A stretch of 64,000 bases of DNA from Bacteroidota bacterium (GCA_029547705.1 JAKPOU010000042.1:89271-153270), one strand, 5' to 3'; shown: positions 9,457 to 19,734, numbered from the stretch's first letter. The notes: generated by a model from the sequence alone, not told the origin. Numbers and translations: made by a program.

Positions 9457-11919
9457 ATGGAAAAGAAATTCCGATTCACGATAAATGATCTTTTTCTCCC
9501 GGATATGATTGATGGTGAGGGAGACATTATTCCCATAATATCGGATGGCGACGACAGGGAACTTGAAGATGTTGAAGTTCCTGAAACCCTGCCGGTATTG
9601 TCACTGAGAAATACTGTGCTTTTCCCGGGAGTTGTACTGCCAATATCAATCGGAAGGCCCCGTTCCGTACAGCTTATCAAGGATGTTTACCGCACCGATA
9701 AAATAGTGGGAACTGTTGCCCAGAAAGATCCGGATATGGATAATCCCGGATTTGAAGACCTGCACCAGGTAGGGACAATAGGGCAGATAGTGAAGCTTCT
9801 CGAGATGCCCGACGGATCAACCACTGCCATTATACAGGGCAGGAAAAGAATGGTTCTGAGTGAGCTTGTCTCGGATAACCCGTATTTCATTGCCAGGGTA
9901 AAGGCAATTCCGGAAAAGAGGCCGGACAAGCGAAGCAAGGACTTTGATGCAATAGTAGGTTCCCTCAGGGACCTTTCGCTCAAGATTATAAAAATCAATC
10001 CGAATATCAGTCCCGAAGCAAGTTTCGCAATAAAAAATATTGAGAACAATACCTATCTGATCAACTTTATCTGTTCGAATACTGACATAAAGGTCCAGGA
10101 CAAGCAGAAACTTCTGGAGATAAACAACATACGCGACAGGGGCTTTATGCTGCTTGAATTCCTGGTACAGGAAATCCAGATCCTTGAACTGAAAAATGAG
10201 TTACAGTCAAAGGTAAAGAGTGATCTTGACCAGCAGCAGAGGGAATTTCTTCTTCATCAGCAGATGAAGACCATCCAGAATGAGCTTGGAGGAAATCCGG
10301 CTGAAAAGGAAATAGAGGAGTACATCAGAAAGGCTGCTGACAAGAAATGGAGCTCTGAAGTCAGGCAGGTGTTCGACAAGGAACTTGACAAGCTCCGCAG
10401 GCTGAATCCTGCTGCAGCCGAGTATTCGGTGCAGATAAACTACATACAGACCCTTCTCGACCTGCCCTGGGGTGAATACACCCAGGACAATCTGGATCTT
10501 CAGAACGCAAGACAGGTACTCGACAATGATCATTTCGGACTTGATGATGTAAAGGAACGGATACTTGAACATCTGGCAGTGCTCAAACTGAAGGGTGATC
10601 TTAAATCGCCGATTCTCTGCCTGCACGGCCCGCCCGGGGTTGGCAAGACTTCTCTCGGAAAATCCGTTGCCAGGGCCCTGGGAAGAAAATATGTCAGAAT
10701 GTCACTTGGAGGACTTCATGATGAAGCGGAAATAAGAGGCCACAGAAAAACCTATATAGGTGCCATGCCCGGGAGGATCATTCAGAACATAAAGCGTGCA
10801 GGATCATCAAACCCGGTGTTCATACTTGATGAAATAGACAAGGTGGGACAGGATTTCAGGGGAGATCCCTCTTCTGCGCTGCTGGAGGTACTGGATCCCG
10901 AACAGAACAGTTCATTTTTCGATAATTTCCTCGAAATGGAATATGACCTCTCCAGGGTCCTTTTCATTGCCACAGCCAACACACTTACAACAATAAGTCC
11001 TGCTCTCCGCGACAGGATGGAGACTATAGAAATAACAGGCTACCTGGTTGAGGAGAAGCTGGAGATAGCAAGCCGCCACCTGCTTCCCAGGCAGCTGGAG
11101 AACCACGGGGTGAAGGCAGACCAGCTTGAAATAGGCAAAGATGTACTGGAAAAGCTGATTGACAGCTATACCCGTGAATCAGGTGTGAGGGAACTTGACA
11201 AGAGGCTGGCAAAAATTGTAAGGGTTACCGCTAAAAATATTGCTTCGGAAACAAAATATAACCATGATCTGACTGAGAAGTCTCTGGAAAAGATACTCGG
11301 ACCGGCGAAATACAACAGGGATCTTTATTCCGGGAATGATCAGGCGGGAGTGGTTACAGGCCTTGCATGGACGCCGGCCGGAGGCGAAATCCTCTTTGTC
11401 GAAACGAGCATAAGCAAGGGCAGCGGAAAGCTCACCCTTACCGGAAATCTCGGAGAAGTTATGAAGGAATCAGCAATCCTTGCCCTTGAGTATCTGAAAG
11501 CAAATGCCGGACTTCTTGAACTGCCTGATAATTTCTCGGAAAAATGGAATGTGCACCTTCATGTGCCTGAAGGGGCAATACCCAAGGACGGGCCGTCTGC
11601 CGGAATAGCCATGGCCACTTCCATAGCCTCGGCCTTTACCCAGAGGAAGGTGAGGAAATATCTTGCCATGACCGGTGAGATAACCCTGCGCGGGAAGGTA
11701 CTGCCGGTCGGGGGTATCAAGGAAAAAATACTTGCTGCCAAAAGAGCGAATATCCGGGAAATAGTTCTGTCGGAAGAAAACAGGAAAGACGTTGGCGCCA
11801 TTAAGGATATATATATAAAGGGTTTGAAATTCAATTATGTCGATAGCATAATGGATGTGCTTGATCTGGCCCTGTTAAGGCAGAAAGTAAGCAATGCCAG
11901 AAAAATAGTGTTTGAATGA
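9457..11919 (+). CDS. lon: ATP-dependent Lon protease
   Basis: 820 aa with a LON N-terminal domain, Walker [10 protein letters not shown], and the proteolytic serine motif PKDGPSAG. Confidence 0.97.
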   Translation: MEKKFRFTINDLFLPDMIDGEGDIIPIISDGDDRELEDVEVPETLPVLSLRNTVLFPGVVLPISIGRPRSVQLIKDVYRTDKIVGTVAQKDPDMDNPGFEDLHQVGTIGQIVKLLEMPDGSTTAIIQGRKRMVLSELVSDNPYFIARVKAIPEKRPDKRSKDFDAIVGSLRDLSLKIIKINPNISPEASFAIKNIENNTYLINFICSNTDIKVQDKQKLLEINNIRDRGFMLLEFLVQEIQILELKNELQSKVKSDLDQQQREFLLHQQMKTIQNELGGNPAEKEIEEYIRKAADKKWSSEVRQVFDKELDKLRRLNPAAAEYSVQINYIQTLLDLPWGEYTQDNLDLQNARQVLDNDHFGLDDVKERILEHLAVLKLKGDLKSPILCLHGPPGVGKTSLGKSVARALGRKYVRMSLGGLHDEAEIRGHRKTYIGAMPGRIIQNIKRAGSSNPVFILDEIDKVGQDFRGDPSSALLEVLDPEQNSSFFDNFLEMEYDLSRVLFIATANTLTTISPALRDRMETIEITGYLVEEKLEIASRHLLPRQLENHGVKADQLEIGKDVLEKLIDSYTRESGVRELDKRLAKIVRVTAKNIASETKYNHDLTEKSLEKILGPAKYNRDLYSGNDQAGVVTGLAWTPAGGEILFVETSISKGSGKLTLTGNLGEVMKESAILALEYLKANAGLLELPDNFSEKWNVHLHVPEGAIPKDGPSAGIAMATSIASAFTQRKVRKYLAMTGEITLRGKVLPVGGIKEKILAAKRANIREIVLSEENRKDVGAIKDIYIKGLKFNYVDSIMDVLDLALLRQKVSNARKIVFE

Positions 11920-12395
11920 AGAAGATAGCCGTATTTCCCGGATCCTTTGATCCCTTTACCCTTGGTCATGAGGGTATTGTACTGAGGGGACTGTCGCTTT
12001 TCGATGAAATAATCATATCGGTGGGAGCCAATGCCCTGAAAAAGAATTATTATTCCCTTGAAACAAGAAAAGCCATGATTTCGGAGGTCTTCCGGAATGA
12101 ACCGCGTATTAAGGTGGATCATTATGAGGGACTGACGGTTGACTATTGTAAAAGGCATGGCGCCAGGTATATCCTCAGAGGACTGAGGACTGCAGCCGAT
12201 TTCGAGTTTGAAAGGGCAATAGGGCAGGTTAACAAGACACTCAGTCCGGAAATAGAATCGGTATTCCTGCTCACTGTTCCGGAACACACGATGATTAATT
12301 CCAGCATAATAAGGGATATTATCCGCAGCGGAGGTGATGCATCCGGCTTTGTCCCGAAAGCAATAAAACTGGAGGAATACAGGGGGGAGGACTAG
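11916..12395 (+). CDS. coaD: Phosphopantetheine adenylyltransferase
   Basis: 159 aa. Begins [22 protein letters not shown] and contains the (T/H)xGH nucleotidyltransferase motif. Its start overlaps the lon stop (ATGA). Confidence 0.93.
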   Translation: MKKIAVFPGSFDPFTLGHEGIVLRGLSLFDEIIISVGANALKKNYYSLETRKAMISEVFRNEPRIKVDHYEGLTVDYCKRHGARYILRGLRTAADFEFERAIGQVNKTLSPEIESVFLLTVPEHTMINSSIIRDIIRSGGDASGFVPKAIKLEEYRGED

Positions 12396-13003
12396 AACTT
12401 CAGCACTGATGTATTTATCATATCCATCAGTGAAAGCCATGCAGTGCTCTTTATAATGCTCAGTTCATCGGGCAGGAGCCATTCCACCCTGGTGATTCCT
12501 TCTTCAGCCTGGGGTTCGGTGACCATTTCACCATCATACTTCATCAGGAACCATGATGTTTTTTTCAGGTAGGAAATACCCTTCAGGGTATAGGTGTGAT
12601 ATGTCGGAGTCAGGGATTTTATTATTGAGTGTCCCTTTATTCCGGCTTCCTCGCTTACTTCACGGACTGCACAGGTTTCCGGCTTTTCGCCCGGTTCAAT
12701 ATGTCCCTTGGGCAGATCCAGCCGGCCCTTCTTTTCAATAAACAGATACCTGCCGGATGAATGTTTTACCAGTCCGCCTGCCGCTCCAACCTCACTGAAA
12801 TAGATCCTGAAAATTTTCCAGATATGCCTTATGTCGGGACCGTAGATATTTATAGACTGCATCTCTGTATCAGTCTGAAAATCATTGATAATCCTGTAAA
12901 GTTCATCCGTGTCATTGAATTTAACGAATAAGCCGTATTTTTGTAGCCGGTCAGGTTCGGGACTTATCAGAATGAATCTGTTTTCGAAATGAACTTTATA
13001 CAT
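12392..13003 (-). CDS. NUDIX hydrolase
   Basis: 203 aa with a Nudix box (GHIEPGEKPETCAVREVSEEAGI). Confidence 0.85.
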   Translation of the reverse strand: MYKVHFENRFILISPEPDRLQKYGLFVKFNDTDELYRIINDFQTDTEMQSINIYGPDIRHIWKIFRIYFSEVGAAGGLVKHSSGRYLFIEKKGRLDLPKGHIEPGEKPETCAVREVSEEAGIKGHSIIKSLTPTYHTYTLKGISYLKKTSWFLMKYDGEMVTEPQAEEGITRVEWLLPDELSIIKSTAWLSLMDMINTSVLKF

Positions 13004-13009
13004 ATCTCT

Positions 13010-13645
13010 ATGGATACTTATTCAAAAAAGATCGCGGAATATCTTTTACAAATTAAAGCAATAAAATTGCAACCGTCAAATCCCTTAACATGGGTTTCCG
13101 GCTGGAAGTCCCCTGTTTATTGTGATAACAGAAAAACACTGTCATTTCCGAAGGTGAGAAAATATATCCGGGATGCCTTTGTAACGGTTATAAACGAGCA
13201 TTATCCCGATGCGGAACTGATAGCAGGCGTGGCTACCGGGGCCATCTCACACGGTGCACTGGTTGCCGACAGGCTCGAACTTCCCTTTGTTTATGTTAGA
13301 TCAGGTGCAAAGACCCACGGACTGGGAAACCAGATAGAAGGCTTTTATGAGCCGGGTCAGAAAACAGTGGTTATAGAGGATCTGATTTCCACTGGCGGCA
13401 GCAGCCTTAATGCCGTCAGAACACTCAGGGATGCCGGCTGTGAGGTACTGGGACTGGCTGCAATTTTCACATATGAATTCAGGAAATCGGAAGATGCATT
13501 TATTGCCGAAAAATGCAGGCTTGACACCCTGACCAACTATACGGTCCTGATTCAGACGGCTCTGGAAACAGGACACATTACCGAAGATATGATGGATACC
13601 CTGAGGGACTGGAGGCTTGATCCGGAAAACTGGGGAAGAAACTGA
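13010..13645 (+). CDS. pyrE: Orotate phosphoribosyltransferase
   Basis: The PRPP-binding loop is VVIEDLISTGGSS and the overall layout is PyrE-like. The start is placed at the internal ATG at 13010 (MDTYSKKIAEYLL). Confidence 0.9.
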   Translation: MDTYSKKIAEYLLQIKAIKLQPSNPLTWVSGWKSPVYCDNRKTLSFPKVRKYIRDAFVTVINEHYPDAELIAGVATGAISHGALVADRLELPFVYVRSGAKTHGLGNQIEGFYEPGQKTVVIEDLISTGGSSLNAVRTLRDAGCEVLGLAAIFTYEFRKSEDAFIAEKCRLDTLTNYTVLIQTALETGHITEDMMDTLRDWRLDPENWGRN

Positions 13646-13653
13646 TTACAGCC

Positions 13654-14100
13654 ATGGCCAGCCCTTCACGTTTTGAAAGCCGGATTGCAAAAATCAGTTA
13701 TTCACCGGAAACAGTTTATAATTTTGCTTCCGATATGAGGAATTTCCGGCGTTTCGTTCCTTCCGGCACTTTCAGCAACCCGGATTTCAGGCAGGATTCC
13801 TGCAGTTTCATAGTCAATCCTGTGGGAACAGTAAAGGTTTTTATAAAGGACAGGGTTTTGTCAAACAAGATAGTGTACTCGGGAAATGCATTACTGCAGA
13901 ATGATTTTGACATGATCCTTGATATAAGGAATTCAGCCGGCGGTCATTCGGAAATAAAACTCTCTGTTGAAGCGGAACTGAATCCTTTCCTGCTGATGCT
14001 TGCGAAAGAGCCCCTGGATAAATTTCTTGAAACCATTATGGATGAAATGGAGAAGTTCGAAGGATGGAATGATGTCAGTGCAGATACTGAATCTCCCTGA
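13654..14100 (+). CDS. SRPBCC (START/polyketide-cyclase-like) family protein
   Basis: 148 aa. The size and pattern fit small ligand-binding SRPBCC proteins. I see no catalytic motif. Confidence 0.45.
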   Translation: MASPSRFESRIAKISYSPETVYNFASDMRNFRRFVPSGTFSNPDFRQDSCSFIVNPVGTVKVFIKDRVLSNKIVYSGNALLQNDFDMILDIRNSAGGHSEIKLSVEAELNPFLLMLAKEPLDKFLETIMDEMEKFEGWNDVSADTESP

Positions 14101-14824
14101 AGGAGAATTCACAATATTCATTTCCCTCCTTTTCGACCGTGAGAATTCCCGAGGGTGAAACCCCGCGTATTGCTCCCCTGAAAACCACCCCGTCAGAGCT
14201 GTAATTGTGCCACTCCCCGGCCCTGTAAAGATTTGAAAAATATTCCTCCCTTATTGCATCCCTGTCTCCGTAAAGCAACTGCTTATATCTGAGATCCAGA
14301 AAATGAAGAACCTGACGGAATAATGAACCGGTATCATATTCCTTTCCGGTGATTATTCCCAGTGATACGGCACCTGATATGCCCGGACTGAATTTTTTCT
14401 GGTTGATATTGATTCCTGTGCCTACAACGGAGTATTCAATCATCTCTCCCAGAATTGAATTTTCTATCAGAATGCCGGCTATCTTTTTCCCGCCGGCATA
14501 AATGTCGTTGGGCCATTTGATATCCGGCCGGGGAAGGTGATTCTCCAGGAAATCGCATATGCCCAGTGAAATTGCCATTGACAGAAGGAATTGTTCATCT
14601 GCCTGTAATGATGAAGGATAAAGGATAATGCTGAATAATAAATTCATGTCTTCAGCGCTTTCCCAGCTGTTCCCCTTCTGTCCCTTTCCGGCTGTCTGGA
14701 ATCCTGCCCTTATCACAGTGCCCTCCTCAGGCTTCTGTTCAGTGAGCATCTGTGCCGCGGTGACATTTGTGGATGCAAGTGAATCAAAATACAGTATGTC
14801 GGATCCGATGATCATGATTATCAA
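14075..14824 (-). CDS. birA: Biotin--[acetyl-CoA-carboxylase] ligase (group I, no HTH)
   Basis: 249 aa. It carries a variant of the biotin-binding GRGRxGRxW loop (QTAGKGQKGNSWES) and KWPNDIY. Confidence 0.88.
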   Translation of the reverse strand: MIIMIIGSDILYFDSLASTNVTAAQMLTEQKPEEGTVIRAGFQTAGKGQKGNSWESAEDMNLLFSIILYPSSLQADEQFLLSMAISLGICDFLENHLPRPDIKWPNDIYAGGKKIAGILIENSILGEMIEYSVVGTGININQKKFSPGISGAVSLGIITGKEYDTGSLFRQVLHFLDLRYKQLLYGDRDAIREEYFSNLYRAGEWHNYSSDGVVFRGAIRGVSPSGILTVEKEGNEYCEFSFREIQYLH

Positions 14825-14932
14825 ATCAGGCCGGCTTCTGCCGGTGAAATTCCTACTCCGCAGACTTTTACCGGAATTTGCAATGTTGGTGCAAAAATGG
14901 CCTGCTGTGACAAAAATACTGATAAAAGTTTG

Positions 14933-14940
14933 TATTTTTG
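14933..14940 (+). promoter_or_regulatory. Candidate -7 box TAttTTTG for rsfS-ftsH
   Basis: Exact TAnnTTTG match, 80 nt upstream of rsfS. A 10-bp hairpin (14946-14978) follows immediately. Confidence 0.45.
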
Positions 14941-15019
14941 CAACTTGAAATCAGACGGTACGGAATATTCTGATTTCATAAAATTGTTTATTTTTTTGGT
15001 CTGTAATTTGGAGTGATTA

Positions 15020-15397
15020 ATGAAGAAATGGCCCGCCGGAACTGAAGTTCTTTTACAGAGTGTTGCAAAGGGGATATACGATAAGCAGGGGAAAAATGTT
15101 CTCAGGATTGATATGCGGGGACTGGAGAACAGAATTGCTGATTTCTTTGTTATATGTCACGGAACTTCTGTTACCCAGGTAAATTCAATCTGTGAGTCGG
15201 TTGAAGATGTAGTGAGGAAGGAAGCGGGGGAGAAGGCCCTGCATGTTGAAGGGCTCGGGAACTGTTTCTGGGTTCTTATAGATTACGGGGATGTGATTGT
15301 TCATATATTCCTGGAGGAATACAGGAACTTTTACAGTCTTGAATCATTGTGGGCGGATGCCTTGATTGAGGTTATGGAGGAAAAGGTCAGCAAGTAA
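15020..15397 (+). CDS. rsfS: Ribosome silencing factor RsfS
   Basis: 125 aa with the RsfS/YbeB pattern (ADFFVICHGTSVTQVNSI...WVLIDYGDVIVHIF). Confidence 0.9.
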   Translation: MKKWPAGTEVLLQSVAKGIYDKQGKNVLRIDMRGLENRIADFFVICHGTSVTQVNSICESVEDVVRKEAGEKALHVEGLGNCFWVLIDYGDVIVHIFLEEYRNFYSLESLWADALIEVMEEKVSK

Positions 15398-15404
15398 TTT
15401 ATCT

Positions 15405-17477
15405 ATGACACAAAATACAAATAAATCTTCTCCCGGAAAGCCGGGGGATAAGGGAGCAAAGCCAAAATTCAACACCAACTGGATTTTTGCGATCATTGCC
15501 CTGTCATTTATTCTTTTTCAGGTTTTCTTCAGCCGTAATGTAACCGAGAAGGCAACAACGAATATGATCAAGGATATGATTGCAAGGCATGATATCGAGA
15601 AGCTGGTTGTTGTCAACAAGGATCAGGCTGAGATCTATCTTACAAGGGATGCGCTGAATTCGGGAAGGTACGAGAATCTGCCGAAGCCCGGGGGCGGCGG
15701 TATGGGCCTGCAGGTACCCAAGCCCCATTATACCTATAATATCGGCGACATAAGCAATTTTGAGCCCTTCATTATTGAAACGCAGAAGAGTGCCGGCTAC
15801 AGTGAAAATGAACTTATCTATCCCGAATACGTTACGAGGAAGAATTATTTTGCGGATATACTGGGCTGGCTTTTGCTTCCTGCACTGCTGATCATGGTAT
15901 GGATCTTCATGATGCGGAGAATGACAGGTGGCGGAGCCGGAGGTGCCGGAGGAATTTTCAGTGTCGGCAAGTCGAGGGCACAGATATTTGACAAGGATAC
16001 CCATGTAAAACTGAATTTCAATGATGTTGCAGGTCTGGAGGAAGCCAAGACCGAGGTAATGGAGATAGTTGATTTCCTGAAGAACCCGAAGAAATACACT
16101 CAGCTGGGCGGAAAGATACCCAAGGGAGCCCTTCTGATCGGTCCTCCCGGAACAGGCAAGACTCTTCTTGCCAAGGCAGTTGCGGGAGAGGCAAACGTGC
16201 CCTTCTTTTCCATTTCCGGTTCCGATTTCGTTGAAATGTTTGTCGGAGTTGGTGCGTCGAGGGTAAGGGATTTGTTCAAGCAGGCGAAGGAGAAAGCGCC
16301 ATGTATAGTGTTTATTGATGAAATAGATGCAGTCGGCAGGGCAAGGGGGAAAAATGTGAATTTCAGTGCCAATGACGAAAGGGAAAACACCCTTAACCAG
16401 CTGCTGACCGAGATGGACGGATTCGGGACAAATGTGGGTGTGATAATTCTTGCAGCCACAAACAGGGCCGATATTCTTGACCGTGCTCTTTTGAGGGCCG
16501 GGAGGTTTGACCGCCAGATTCATGTGGAACTACCCGATCTTAACGAAAGGGAAGCCATTTTCCAGGTGCATCTGCGGCCTATCAAGCTGGAGCAGAATTT
16601 TGACGTCTCCTTCCTGGCAAAACAGACCCCGGGTTTCTCAGGTGCGGATATTGCAAATGTATGTAACGAAGCTGCCCTCATAGCTGCACGGAAAAATAAA
16701 ACAGTGGTGGAAAAGCAGGATTTTCTGGATGCCATAGACAGGATAGTCGGCGGACTGGAAAGAAAGAGCAAGATAATTTCCATCGAGGAGAAAAGGACAA
16801 TTGCCTATCATGAAGCGGGCCATGCAACGGTGAGCTGGCTTCTCGAGCATGCCAGCCCCCTTCTGAAAGTTACGATAATACCCCGGGGCAGGGCCCTGGG
16901 TGCCGCATGGTACCTTCCCGAGGAAAGACAGATTACCACCACCGAACAGCTTCTGGATGAAATGGCATACTCACTCGGAGGAAGGGCAGCAGAAGAGCTT
17001 GTGTTCGGAAAAATTTCCACAGGCGCCCTCAGCGACCTTGAAAAGGTTACAAAGCAGGCATATGCGATGGTTTCCTATTTCGGGATGAGTGACAAAGTAG
17101 GCAATATAAGCTTCTATGACTCTTCAGGGCAATCCGATTATGGCTTTACAAAGCCTTACAGTGAAAAGACTGCCGAGCTTATTGACCGTGAAGTAAAGGA
17201 AATAATTGAACAGTCGTATGAAAGGGCAAAGAACGTTCTCCGGGAAAATATGAAGGGACTCTCCAAACTGGCAGAACTTCTGCTTGAACAGGAAGTGATA
17301 TTCAGTGAGGATCTCAAAAAGATATTCGGCAAGAGGAAGGCTGACAGGATAAGGGAAGAGAAGGAGAAGGAAAACAGGAAGAAGGCCAAAGCCTCCAAAG
17401 GAACAGAGACTGAAGAGGCTGACCTTAATGCCGCCGGCAATCCTGAAGAAATTACAGAAGGCCCCGGTGAAAAATAA
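15405..17477 (+). CDS. ftsH: ATP-dependent zinc metalloprotease FtsH
   Basis: Walker A GPPGTGKTLLAKA, Walker B VFIDEIDA, the SRH region, and the zinc site HEAGHA. The start is placed at the ATG at 15405 (MTQNTNK). Confidence 0.97.
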   Translation: MTQNTNKSSPGKPGDKGAKPKFNTNWIFAIIALSFILFQVFFSRNVTEKATTNMIKDMIARHDIEKLVVVNKDQAEIYLTRDALNSGRYENLPKPGGGGMGLQVPKPHYTYNIGDISNFEPFIIETQKSAGYSENELIYPEYVTRKNYFADILGWLLLPALLIMVWIFMMRRMTGGGAGGAGGIFSVGKSRAQIFDKDTHVKLNFNDVAGLEEAKTEVMEIVDFLKNPKKYTQLGGKIPKGALLIGPPGTGKTLLAKAVAGEANVPFFSISGSDFVEMFVGVGASRVRDLFKQAKEKAPCIVFIDEIDAVGRARGKNVNFSANDERENTLNQLLTEMDGFGTNVGVIILAATNRADILDRALLRAGRFDRQIHVELPDLNEREAIFQVHLRPIKLEQNFDVSFLAKQTPGFSGADIANVCNEAALIAARKNKTVVEKQDFLDAIDRIVGGLERKSKIISIEEKRTIAYHEAGHATVSWLLEHASPLLKVTIIPRGRALGAAWYLPEERQITTTEQLLDEMAYSLGGRAAEELVFGKISTGALSDLEKVTKQAYAMVSYFGMSDKVGNISFYDSSGQSDYGFTKPYSEKTAELIDREVKEIIEQSYERAKNVLRENMKGLSKLAELLLEQEVIFSEDLKKIFGKRKADRIREEKEKENRKKAKASKGTETEEADLNAAGNPEEITEGPGEK

Positions 17478-17492
17478 TACAGATTTTAAAGT

Positions 17493-18335
17493 TTGAAGGA
17501 ATTTTACAGACGAACCCTGACCGGAGCCTGGATTGTAATATTCATCCTGGGCGGATTCTGGCTTCATCCTGTCACCTTTTGCCTGACAGGCCTGGTAATA
17601 ATGTCAGGGATACTTTATGAATATTACAGGATAATCAACGGAAGCGGGACAAGGGTTCAGACTGTCACCGGCATGGTTACCGGTATTGCCGTGTACCTGC
17701 TCTCCATCCTGATTGCGGCAGGATTGCTTGAATACAGGTTTTTTCTTCTGGTGATCCCCTTAATTGCAATGATAATGACAGCTGAGCTTTACCGGAGGGA
17801 TGAAAAGCCTTTTGATTCACTTGCACATACATTCTTCGGTCTGATTTACGCGGTTGTGCCATTTTCCCTCTTTCCCTTTTCAGCATTTTCACGCAGCGGT
17901 ATTAAACCGATAATCCCATGTGAGTCAATTGATTTTTCTCCGGGCATGGTTGTAGGTTTTTTTATCCTTTTATGGATTAATGATACCGGTGCATACCTGA
18001 CGGGGATGACAATGGGAAAACACAGGCTGATGGAAAGGATCTCCCCCAAAAAATCCTGGGAAGGATTTATAGGGGGTACGGTTCTTACTGCACTGACCGC
18101 CTCGCTGCTGAGCAGCCGGCTTGGTATCCTTGACAGTGCAGGATGGGTAGTTGTCGCCCTGATAGTGGCAATAAGCGGTACTTACGGTGATCTCATCGAG
18201 TCGATGCTTAAAAGAAGTACCGGAATAAAGGACAGCGGCAGCATAATGCCGGGGCACGGGGGATTCATGGACAGGTTTGACAGTACCATGCTGGCCTTTC
18301 CCCTGGTCTTCCTTTTTATTTCATTGTTTGGATGA
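17493..18335 (+). CDS. cdsA: Phosphatidate cytidylyltransferase (CDP-diglyceride synthase)
   Basis: 280 aa, polytopic, with the CdsA signature SMLKRSTGIKDSGSIMPGHGGFMDRFDS. The track ORF uses a TTG start. Confidence 0.92.
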   Translation: MKEFYRRTLTGAWIVIFILGGFWLHPVTFCLTGLVIMSGILYEYYRIINGSGTRVQTVTGMVTGIAVYLLSILIAAGLLEYRFFLLVIPLIAMIMTAELYRRDEKPFDSLAHTFFGLIYAVVPFSLFPFSAFSRSGIKPIIPCESIDFSPGMVVGFFILLWINDTGAYLTGMTMGKHRLMERISPKKSWEGFIGGTVLTALTASLLSSRLGILDSAGWVVVALIVAISGTYGDLIESMLKRSTGIKDSGSIMPGHGGFMDRFDSTMLAFPLVFLFISLFG

Positions 18336-18375
18336 TTGATGTGACTTGATTAATTTTGTATAAATTTTCAGTATA

Positions 18376-19032
18376 ATGGGCATTCACAGGGAAGGGTATA
18401 AAATACTGATTTCAGGCTTTGCAGTTCTGGTCCTGGTCAATGTGGCTTTCGTGCTGTTGTTTCCGGGCAGGACAGTGTTGCTGTCCGTTGCTGCAGTTGT
18501 TACCGCAGCATTGTATGTATTCCTTCTTTTCTTTTTCCGGCTGCCGAAAAGGCATCTGGAACCTGATCCGGAACTGGTTTATGCACCGGCCGACGGTAAG
18601 ATTGTGGTTGTTGAGGAAATAGAGGAAAAGGAATATTTCAAGGACAGGAGGCTTCAGGTTTCAATCTTCATGTCTCCTCTTAACATGCACAGCAACAGAT
18701 ATCCGGTTTCAGGAAAGGTAAAATATGTACAATACCATCCGGGTAATTACCTGGTGGCATGGCATCCCAAGTCCTCTGAACTGAATGAGCGGAGCACCGT
18801 GGTTATTGAAACGGAAAGCGGGAAGGAAATACTGATCAGACAGGTGGCAGGCGCTGTTGCAAGAAGAATAGTAACCTACGCCAGGGTCCTTCAGGATGTG
18901 AAGCAGGGTGATGAACTGGGATTCATCAAGTTTGGTTCCAGGGTGGATATCTTCCTGCCACCGGGGACTGAAATCGAGATTCCGCTTCTGCGGCCTGTTA
19001 AGGCAAACAAGAGCGTGCTTGCCCGCATATAG
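18376..19032 (+). CDS. psd: Phosphatidylserine decarboxylase proenzyme
   Basis: 218 aa with an N-terminal TM segment and a self-cleavage-type motif (FKFGSRVDIFLP). Confidence 0.9.
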   Translation: MGIHREGYKILISGFAVLVLVNVAFVLLFPGRTVLLSVAAVVTAALYVFLLFFFRLPKRHLEPDPELVYAPADGKIVVVEEIEEKEYFKDRRLQVSIFMSPLNMHSNRYPVSGKVKYVQYHPGNYLVAWHPKSSELNERSTVVIETESGKEILIRQVAGAVARRIVTYARVLQDVKQGDELGFIKFGSRVDIFLPPGTEIEIPLLRPVKANKSVLARI

Positions 19033-19037
19033 AAACG

Positions 19038-19071
19038 AAAGAAAAGAGGCTGATTTCAGCCTCTTTTCTTT
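19038..19071. terminator. Bidirectional terminator between psd and hsp20
   Basis: Perfect palindrome aaagaaaagaggctga-tt-tcagcctcttttcttt, with A/T runs on both sides. Confidence 0.8.
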
Positions 19072-19093
19072 AAACCTAAGCTGTAAAACCGAC

Positions 19094-19534
19094 TTATGAG
19101 ATTTTTACCTGCTTTGTCAGTTTCTGTTTTTCTTCCTTGTCTTTCGGAAGTTCAACTGTAAGAATGCCATCCTTGTAGCTTGCACCTATCTTGTCTGTGA
19201 GTACATTCTCGGGAATGTAGAAACTCCTGCAGAAAGATGAGTAGCTGAATTCCTTTCTCTTGTAGCCGTCGGCCTGATCCACTTCGGATGATGTCTTGGT
19301 TTCGTGGGAAATCGTGAGAACATCATCGCTGATATCGATGTTCAGATCTTTTTTGTCTATGCCCGGGACGGCAAGCTCAAGAATAAAACTCTTGTCGCTT
19401 TCCCTGATGTTGACTGCGGGTAAGGTGCTGCTGCTGCGGCTTTTTACCACGGGAAAAAAATCATCATCAAAAAGACCTGAGAAAAACGGGCTGAAACTTC
19501 TTCTGATTGTTGGTAACATAGCTTTATCCTCCAT
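19094..19534 (-). CDS. Hsp20/alpha-crystallin family small heat-shock protein
   Basis: 146 aa with an alpha-crystallin domain (PAVNIRESDKSFILELAVPGIDKKDL...GILTVELPK). Confidence 0.92.
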   Translation of the reverse strand: MEDKAMLPTIRRSFSPFFSGLFDDDFFPVVKSRSSSTLPAVNIRESDKSFILELAVPGIDKKDLNIDISDDVLTISHETKTSSEVDQADGYKRKEFSYSSFCRSFYIPENVLTDKIGASYKDGILTVELPKDKEEKQKLTKQVKIS

Positions 19535-19707
19535 TATTTTTAATTAAACTTTTTTTAAAATCAAACACTCCATGTATTTCAAGTTCCGTTCCAAATTGAA
19601 AATATGACATAATGGCTGAAACACTGGATGTTTGACGGTCAAAATGGCAGAATGGCTAAAATTCTGCTGATGGTTTATTTCAAATTGTTAAAACGGAAAA
19701 TTTCAAT

Positions 19708-19715
19708 TAGGTTTG
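19708..19715 (+). promoter_or_regulatory. Candidate -7 box TAggTTTG upstream of the AI-2E transporter gene
   Basis: Exact TAnnTTTG match, 20 nt upstream of the ATG at 19735. Confidence 0.35.
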
Positions 19716-19734
19716 CAGGGGTATAAGCCATTCA

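Noticed and set aside
11835-12440. A 201-aa ORF antisense to coaD.
   Set aside because: coaD on the plus strand has the diagnostic GSFDPFTLGH motif and is coupled to lon. The antisense product has no recognisable features.
15504-16523. A 339-aa ORF antisense to ftsH.
   Set aside because: It is exactly codon-aligned with ftsH. It stays open only because this stretch of ftsH uses no TTA, CTA or TCA codons. Its translation is low-complexity and not protein-like, whereas ftsH has unmistakable AAA+ and HEAGH motifs. It is a shadow ORF.
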